NCBI GenBank assembly: GCA_965197645.1
Contig: OZ240219.1
Coordinates: 2,560,001-2,624,000 of the forward strand
Source: Dehalococcoidia bacterium
Lineage (GTDB): Bacteria > Chloroflexota > Dehalococcoidia > Plut-88900
Length of the DNA: 64,000 bases
Reading direction: 5' to 3'
The translations under genes were made by a program, and so were the position numbers. The notes beneath the pieces are model-generated. The model saw nothing but the letters and a program-made list of their open reading frames with translations. It had not been told where the DNA came from and made no database searches. Positions 57,766-64,000 of the stretch are shown piece after piece (position 1 is the first letter of the stretch; the number at the start of each line of letters is the position of its first letter).

Positions 57766-58917
57766 ATGGACATCGTGCCTTTCAAAGTCGAGGTGCCCGA
57801 CGACGTTCTCGAAGACCTTCACGACCGCCTCGTACGGACCCGCTGGCCCGATGAGCTGGAGGGGACCGATTGGGAGTACGGTTCGAACCTGGCGTACGTC
57901 AAGCAGCTGGTCGACTACTGGATCAACGATTTCGACTGGCGGGCCCAGGAGCGCACCATCAACAGCTTCGCCCAGTTCAAGACGGAGATCGACGGTCAAG
58001 GCGTCCACTTCGTCCACGAGCGAGGCAAGGGCCCCAACCCATTTCCCTTGCTCATCACCCACGGCTGGCCCAGCTCCTTCGTCGAGTTTCAAAAGATAAT
58101 ACCTCTCCTCACCGACCCCGGCTCCCACGGCGGCGATGCGGCCGATTCCTTCGATGTGATCACCCCCTCCATGCCCGGCTACGGCTTCTCCGACATGACC
58201 AACAGAAGAGAGATGCACACCGAGGCCTTCGCCGATCTTTGGGTCAAGCTCATGACCGAAGGGCTGGGCTATGATGCGTTCGGCGTGCAGGGTGGGGACT
58301 GGGGCGCCACTGTCTCATCCTGGCAGGGGTACAAGTATCCCCAGCACGTGAAGGGGGTCCACCTCAACGCCGTCTTCGGTCCCAGGCCCTACCTCGGCCC
58401 AGGCTCCCGACCTCTCTCCGATGGCGAAGAGGCATATCTCGAGGAGATGCGAGTCTGGGAGCGTGAGGAGGGCGCCTACGGCCACATTCAGGGCACCAAG
58501 CCCCAGACCCTGGCTTACGGGCTGAACGACTCGCCGACGGGGCTCGCCGCCTGGATCGTCGAAAAGTGGAGGGCCTGGAGCGACTGCGACGGCGACCCGG
58601 AAAAACGATACACCAAGGACGAGCTGCTTACCAACATAACCATCTACTGGGTTACCCAGACCATCAACTCCTCGGTGCGGCTCTACTATGAGGACAGCCG
58701 CCACCCCTGGAACCTGGAGCAGGGAGACCGGTTGAACGCTCCGGTCGGCGTGGCCGTATTCCCCGTCGAGATCGACCACCCGATTCGCGAGTGGGCCGAG
58801 CGGGCGTACAACGTGCAGCAGTGGACGGAGATGCCCAAGGGTGGCCACTTCGCATCTATCGAAGAGCCGCAGCTGCTGGCCGAGGACGTCCGGAAGTTCT
58901 TCCGTTCGCTCCGTTGA
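57766..58917 (+). CDS. Epoxide hydrolase (EHN + alpha/beta hydrolase)
   Basis: DLHDRLVRTRWP, HGWP, GGDWG, GGHF. Confidence 0.93.
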   Translation: MDIVPFKVEVPDDVLEDLHDRLVRTRWPDELEGTDWEYGSNLAYVKQLVDYWINDFDWRAQERTINSFAQFKTEIDGQGVHFVHERGKGPNPFPLLITHGWPSSFVEFQKIIPLLTDPGSHGGDAADSFDVITPSMPGYGFSDMTNRREMHTEAFADLWVKLMTEGLGYDAFGVQGGDWGATVSSWQGYKYPQHVKGVHLNAVFGPRPYLGPGSRPLSDGEEAYLEEMRVWEREEGAYGHIQGTKPQTLAYGLNDSPTGLAAWIVEKWRAWSDCDGDPEKRYTKDELLTNITIYWVTQTINSSVRLYYEDSRHPWNLEQGDRLNAPVGVAVFPVEIDHPIREWAERAYNVQQWTEMPKGGHFASIEEPQLLAEDVRKFFRSLR

Positions 58918-58975
58918 CAATCCACACCCCCAAATCTATGATTGGCCTGAAGCAGTTTCAGTTGGAGGACTATCC

Positions 58976-59431
58976 GTGCCCGTTTTTCCATCCGTAGAGT
59001 GGTTCGATGCCGTCCGGGAGGTGTTCAACGGCGACGAAGTCTATCGCGGGGCCGGGGGAGGAACATGTGACGCCGAGATCGGTGTCGTGATAGGGGACAA
59101 GAACTGGATCCTGGTGTTCGAAGGGTTCGAGTGTACGGGCGCCCGGGAAGCCTCCGAAGAGGACCTGGTGGACCTCGATTTCTACCTGGAGATGGAGCCC
59201 GACGACTGGACTGAGATGGTAGCCAACATCAGAGACAACGGCCACGCCGATATCAACCACACCCTGAACACTCTGGACCTGGGCTCCGACGAGCCGATCC
59301 ACAAGTCCAAAACCGATGACGGCTACCGCCTGGAGCTGTTCTTCAGGTTCAACCAGACCTTCCAAAACTTCTTCGACGCGTCCTCCCGAGTCGACACCGT
59401 TTTCGAGGGCGCACCCAGCGCCGGAAGTTAG
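58976..59431 (+). CDS. SCP2 (sterol-carrier)-like hypothetical protein, copy 1
   Basis: GTG after GGAGG; PVFPSVEWF N-terminus as in SCP2-like proteins; paralogue of the next gene. Confidence 0.6.
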   Translation: MPVFPSVEWFDAVREVFNGDEVYRGAGGGTCDAEIGVVIGDKNWILVFEGFECTGAREASEEDLVDLDFYLEMEPDDWTEMVANIRDNGHADINHTLNTLDLGSDEPIHKSKTDDGYRLELFFRFNQTFQNFFDASSRVDTVFEGAPSAGS

Positions 59432-59452
59432 CTGCCTCGAGAGGTGGAGAAA

Positions 59453-59875
59453 ATGCCCCAGTTCCCTTCGGTCGAATGGTTCGAGTCCGTCGGTTCGATA
59501 GTCAACGAAGATACTAGGTTCCGCAAACTGGGCAACATAGACGCCAACGTCGGTGTCAAAGTCGGAGAGAGGATCTTCGTCTTGAACTTCGAGGCCTTTG
59601 AATGCGCCGGCGTCTCCGAGAGCGACGAGGAAGGCCTCATGGAGGTGGACTTCTACATCGACATGACGGCCGAGGAATGGCAAGGCTTCCTGGCCAACAT
59701 CAAGGAGAACGACGGCGCAGACCTCCAGCACACCCTGAACACTATGGATATCAACCATCCCGGCGGCATAATCCGCTCACGAGACGAGTATCTTCGGCAC
59801 AACTTCTTCCGCTATCTGCTGTCTCTGCAGTTTTTCTTCGACTCGTCGAGGAATATAGAGACGGTCCACGCATAG
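59453..59875 (+). CDS. SCP2-like hypothetical protein, copy 2
   Basis: PQFPSVEWF, FEAFEC, ANIKEN..AD..HTLNT, FFR...Q.FFD shared with copy 1. Confidence 0.6.
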   Translation: MPQFPSVEWFESVGSIVNEDTRFRKLGNIDANVGVKVGERIFVLNFEAFECAGVSESDEEGLMEVDFYIDMTAEEWQGFLANIKENDGADLQHTLNTMDINHPGGIIRSRDEYLRHNFFRYLLSLQFFFDSSRNIETVHA

Positions 59876-59883
59876 GGAGCGCC

Positions 59884-60168
59884 ATGCCCCTGTACGAATA
59901 CAGCTGTCCCTATTGTCAGGAGAGAACGAGTAAGCGCCAGACCAGCTACGATCCTCCCGACTCCGTCCAGTGCGGGGCCTGCGGCCAGGAAGGCGCCACC
60001 CGCGTCCTGTCCATCTTTGCCTATCACAAGTCCACCTCCGATAAGATGGCCGAGCTGGACCCCAAGTACGACAAGATGGTGGACACCGCTGTATCCAGGG
60101 CTCCGGTCAGCTCCGATCCCAAGTACCATCTGGACAAGATGGTCCCCTTCGAGGCAGCCCCCGAGTAG
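59884..60168 (+). CDS. FmdB family zinc-ribbon protein
   Basis: MPLYEYSCPYC...CGACG..TRVLS; GGGAG RBS. Confidence 0.88.
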   Translation: MPLYEYSCPYCQERTSKRQTSYDPPDSVQCGACGQEGATRVLSIFAYHKSTSDKMAELDPKYDKMVDTAVSRAPVSSDPKYHLDKMVPFEAAPE

Positions 60169-60223
60169 CACCTGTTTCTCCGTCACTGGAGGAGCGTGAC
60201 GGGCACACCAGCAGAGAGGCGCC

Positions 60224-61021
60224 ATGGCAACCATTGATGTGTTACTGGACGGTTGGAACCTCCGCAGCAATGTGGGCAGCGTTGGATGGTGCAGCATAGC
60301 TCTGGTCACCGGCCAGAAGCGGATACTGGTAGACGCCGGACACGTCGGCCGGCGGACTGCGCTGCTGGATGCCCTGAAACAACGAGGCCTGACCTCCGAG
60401 GACATCGACGTCACGGTCATGACCCACGCCCACTGGGACCACAGCCAGAACTACGATCTCTTCTACCACGCCCCGGCGCTGATTCACCGGTGGGAGTTGA
60501 AATACGCTCACAAGCCCCATCCCAACGATTGGGCTACCCCCCAATGGACAGGGGCGATGATCGATGATCATCCCAGGGCACAGGAGGTGGAAGAGGGCTA
60601 CGAGATAGAGCCGGGCATCAGCGTCATCCACACCCCGGGCCATTCGCCGGGCAGTATGGGACTGCTCGTCGAGACCGGCGATGGACTGTGCGCCGTCACC
60701 GGAGACGCCATTCACTACGGAGAGGTCGCCCTCAGCGGAATCAGTCCCATAGTGTTCTGGAACGAGGAGGACTCCCGCAAGAGCATTAAGCGGGTCCTCG
60801 ATACGGCAGATATTGTGTACCCGGGCCACGACCGTCCATTTCGAATGGTGAAGGAGGGCCGGGAGCTGGAGTACCTCTCCCCTCCGGTGGAGCTCGCCGT
60901 TTCGGGTATAACCCCGGACATGGAGGGGGTATCCTTCAACATGGACCCGAGAGCCCCCTTTGTCATGCCCGGGATCGAGGACCAGACCGTGGAGTCCCTT
61001 GGGCGGCTGGCGAACCCTTGA
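60224..61021 (+). CDS. MBL-fold metallo-hydrolase (lactonase-like)
   Basis: THAHWDH, TPGHSPG, TGD, PGHD. Confidence 0.9.
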   Translation: MATIDVLLDGWNLRSNVGSVGWCSIALVTGQKRILVDAGHVGRRTALLDALKQRGLTSEDIDVTVMTHAHWDHSQNYDLFYHAPALIHRWELKYAHKPHPNDWATPQWTGAMIDDHPRAQEVEEGYEIEPGISVIHTPGHSPGSMGLLVETGDGLCAVTGDAIHYGEVALSGISPIVFWNEEDSRKSIKRVLDTADIVYPGHDRPFRMVKEGRELEYLSPPVELAVSGITPDMEGVSFNMDPRAPFVMPGIEDQTVESLGRLANP

Positions 61022-61077
61022 CCGGGTATCGCTGCCGACCTTAAACTCGTCATAGCCCTGCCGAAGAGGACGGTTTG

Positions 61078-62547
61078 ATGGACTGGAAACAACACTACGA
61101 GAGCAACACGGTCACCGCCGACGAAGCGGTGAAGATGGTCAGCCCAGGAGACAACCTGGCGATCAGCGTAGATCCCAAACCCACCGCTCTGATGGATGCC
61201 GTAGTTTCCCACCACGAACGGCTGGATGATCTACGAATATTCGATGTCGCGCCCAGCTATGATCCGGGCTGGCTTCGGCCCGATTTTGAGGGTTCGTTCA
61301 GATACAGTCCCTCCATGTTCCTGGGTAATCTGGCACGACCGGCCTACGACGAGCACCGCATAGACTTTGCTCCCGTGATCTTCACTACGGACCTCCAACC
61401 TTATAGAGAGCCTGGTAGAGGCCCCAGACTTGACGTAACGATGATGGTCTGCTCGCCGCCCGACGACCGGGGGTTCTGCAGCTTTGGGCCGTACCTGTGG
61501 AACAAGCGAAGCTTTGCCAAACACGCCAGGATAGTCCTGGCCCAGATAGATGACTCGTTGATCCGCACCTATGGGGACAACTACATACACGTCTCCGAAA
61601 TCGATCGCTTCGTCGAGCATACGCCTCCGGAGCTGTCTCTCGAAGAATCGAAGGAGATGATCGGTAATGTGGAAGACCCTGAGATTCGATCTGAGCTGGA
61701 GCGGCTGATACCCTTCTTGGATGGAAACTCCAGGCACGAACACCTGCCTCGTTTGACGGGCTGCACCCTCAAACAGGTGCGGGAGTTCGCCAGGTTTACG
61801 GACTCGATAGGACCGAGCGAGGGCGATAAGAAAATTGCCCAATACGTTTCGGAACTGGTCCGGGACGGAGACACTATCCAGATAGGGGTGGGAACACCCA
61901 GCTTCTACCTACCCACTTTGGGGACCTTCGACGACAAGCAGGACCTGGGCTGGCACTCGGAGATGACCGCCCCGGGTATTGTCAGGCTCATCGAAAAGGG
62001 TGTCATTACCAGCGAACGCAAGAACGTAAACCCGGGTGTAGCCGTGTTTACCGCACTGGCAGGATGTGATGCCAAAGAGGTGCCCTTCGCTCACAACAAC
62101 CCCCTGATCGAGCTCCGGGACTCGGAGTACGTGGTCAACATCAACACCGTATCTTCCCACGACAACTACCGCTCCATCAACAATGCCCTCTCCATAGACT
62201 TCTCCGGTCAGATCAACTCGGAGTCCATAGGAAGCCGTCAGTGGACCGGAACAGGCGGCCAGCCGGAGCTTCACATGGGCGCTGTCATATCCAAGGGTGG
62301 CAGAGCCATCACCCTCCTTCGTTCGACGGCCGCCGGAGGCACCGTGTCCCGCATCGTACCCCAGCATCCGGCGGGAACTGCAATCACCGTCCCCCGCACC
62401 TTTGCCGATACGGTGGTAACCGAGTACGGTGTGGCCCAGCTCCTCGGCAAATCGATCCGAGAGAGGACCCGGGAGCTGGTAGCCGTGGCCCACCCTGACT
62501 TCAGAGCTGATCTACAGAAAGCGGCCGATAAGCTTTACTACCCCTAG
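61078..62547 (+). CDS. Acetyl-CoA hydrolase/transferase family (4-hydroxybutyrate CoA-transferase-like)
   Basis: SPPDDRGFCSFG, DGDTIQIGVG, HSEM catalytic Glu, GTGGQ, VVTEYGVA, AHPDFR. Confidence 0.9.
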   Translation: MDWKQHYESNTVTADEAVKMVSPGDNLAISVDPKPTALMDAVVSHHERLDDLRIFDVAPSYDPGWLRPDFEGSFRYSPSMFLGNLARPAYDEHRIDFAPVIFTTDLQPYREPGRGPRLDVTMMVCSPPDDRGFCSFGPYLWNKRSFAKHARIVLAQIDDSLIRTYGDNYIHVSEIDRFVEHTPPELSLEESKEMIGNVEDPEIRSELERLIPFLDGNSRHEHLPRLTGCTLKQVREFARFTDSIGPSEGDKKIAQYVSELVRDGDTIQIGVGTPSFYLPTLGTFDDKQDLGWHSEMTAPGIVRLIEKGVITSERKNVNPGVAVFTALAGCDAKEVPFAHNNPLIELRDSEYVVNINTVSSHDNYRSINNALSIDFSGQINSESIGSRQWTGTGGQPELHMGAVISKGGRAITLLRSTAAGGTVSRIVPQHPAGTAITVPRTFADTVVTEYGVAQLLGKSIRERTRELVAVAHPDFRADLQKAADKLYYP

Positions 62548-62556
62548 GAGGACTGT

Positions 62557-63345
62557 ATGTCGGTAATCGAATACGAGGTGAAAGACAAGATAGCCTACGT
62601 AACCCTGAACAGGCCTAGATCGCTCAACGCCATAAACAATGAGATGTCCCGCATGTGGAACGAGGTCTGGGAGCGATTTCGAGACGATGAAGACGCCTGG
62701 TGCGCCATTCTCACCGGCGCCGGTGACCGGTCCTTCTGCTCCGGCGCCGACCTGAAGGAGATGAGGTCCCACCATGACTCTGGCGCCGATGGAGGCAACC
62801 CCTTCGGAGGCGATGCGAGACCGTATCGCCCCTCGGAGGAGCTGGGTGTGTGGAAGCCGATCATCGCCGCCATCAACGGCTGGGTCATGGGCGGTGGGGT
62901 GGTCTTCGCCATGGACTGCGACATACGTATCGCTTCGGAGAAGGCGGTGTTCGGCCTGCCGGAGGTGGAGCTGGGCATAGTCACCACCTGGTGGGGCACC
63001 GTACGTGCCCGGGCCCACATGTCCTTCGGAAGAGCTCTCGAGTTTCTGATCACCGGTGATCACGTCACCGCTCAACAGGCGGAGCAGTGGGGATTCGTGA
63101 ACCACGTCGTCCCTCACGAGCAGCTGATGCAACGGGCGGAGGAGATGGCCCGCAAGATCAACAGTAACGGCCCCCTGGCGGTCCGGGGCATCAAAGAGGT
63201 CTCCTACCGCAGCCTGTATGACGGCATCCGGGAGGCGGGCCGTCTGGAGGACGTGATCAGCGTCGTCGCCGCTCAGAGCGAGGACGTCCAGGAGGGCGTG
63301 CGCGCCTGGCTGGAGAAACGCCCGCCCCAGTTCAAGGGCAAGTAG
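62557..63345 (+). CDS. Enoyl-CoA hydratase/isomerase family protein
   Basis: LNRPRSLNA, FCSGADL, KPIIAAING, FGLPEV, EKRPP. Confidence 0.93.
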   Translation: MSVIEYEVKDKIAYVTLNRPRSLNAINNEMSRMWNEVWERFRDDEDAWCAILTGAGDRSFCSGADLKEMRSHHDSGADGGNPFGGDARPYRPSEELGVWKPIIAAINGWVMGGGVVFAMDCDIRIASEKAVFGLPEVELGIVTTWWGTVRARAHMSFGRALEFLITGDHVTAQQAEQWGFVNHVVPHEQLMQRAEEMARKINSNGPLAVRGIKEVSYRSLYDGIREAGRLEDVISVVAAQSEDVQEGVRAWLEKRPPQFKGK

Positions 63346-63356
63346 CATACGACGAT

Positions 63357-64000
63357 ATGAACACGCCCTTCGTCGATGTCGACGGGCACATCCTGGAGCC
63401 CGGCGATCTCTGGTCAAGCCGTATCGACGCCCGATACGTCGACCGGGCCCTGAAGCTGGAACTGGATGAAGACGGCCTGGAGCAATGGAGCGTCGGCGGC
63501 GATACCGTCACCTACTTCTCCAAAGGCACTGCTGCGGACGCGGCCACCATCGGCAAGAGCCAGGAGTGGCGCCTGGAGAACATCTACCAGAATCGCTCCT
63601 TCACCTGGCAGGACGGCTTGGCCATGAACCCCGGAGCCTGTGACCCTTCGCAACGAGTCCGGCTGATGGACAAAGAGGGGATAGACATCAGCATTCTGTA
63701 TCCAAGCCTCGGCCTTACCCTGCCCTCCATCCGGGACCCCCAGCTGGCTTCCGCCCATTGCACCGTATACAACGATTGGATAGTAGAGTTCTGCCAACCC
63801 CATTCCGATAGGCTGGTCCCAGCCCTTTTCTTCCCCTGGGTGAGCGTAGAGGAAACAGTGAAGGAGCTGCAGAGAACGGCCCACGTCGGTCCAAGGGCCA
63901 TCGAGGCGCCGGGAGGCCCGCCGGATAACATCTCTTACGCCCGCACTCATTGGGACCCGATATGGAGCGAGATACAGGAGCAGGACGTTCCTGCCGCTCT
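63357..64000 (+). CDS. Amidohydrolase_2 family protein (paralogue 4; runs off the window)
   Basis: Hand-translated MNTPFVDVDGHILEPGDLW...MDKEGID..ILYPS...YNDWIVEFC...DRLV; open to the window end. Confidence 0.85.
   Translation, partial: MNTPFVDVDGHILEPGDLWSSRIDARYVDRALKLELDEDGLEQWSVGGDTVTYFSKGTAADAATIGKSQEWRLENIYQNRSFTWQDGLAMNPGACDPSQRVRLMDKEGIDISILYPSLGLTLPSIRDPQLASAHCTVYNDWIVEFCQPHSDRLVPALFFPWVSVEETVKELQRTAHVGPRAIEAPGGPPDNISYARTHWDPIWSEIQEQDVPAA

Overview
GC-rich, gene-dense bacterial chromosomal window with no rRNA, tRNA, CRISPR array or transposase that I can recognise. The gene content (four amidohydrolase_2 paralogues, an LLM flavin monooxygenase, class III CoA-transferases, M24-fold enzymes, lipoprotein-anchored binding proteins) fits a catabolically expanded Chloroflexota genome such as SAR202/Dehalococcoidia; this is inference only. 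The left part (1-20.8 kb) holds a bacterial voltage-gated Na+ channel, an AurF-like diiron protein, a SulP plus alpha-carbonic anhydrase pair, a translationally coupled binding-protein/histidine-kinase/partner-switching cassette, a GPP34 protein, an SBP5-YbaY fusion and an RNase D lacking a canonical start codon. The rest is a ~43 kb catabolic island with repeated tandem paralogue pairs. The best candidate for an undescribed system is a two-gene ferritin-fold operon (26279-28528). One subunit keeps all six diiron ligands and the other has lost all four glutamates, the alpha/beta layout of multicomponent diiron oxygenases. It lies tail-to-tail with a 2-hydroxyacyl-CoA-lyase-like TPP enzyme. All product calls come from motif recognition by eye; no database searches were run.
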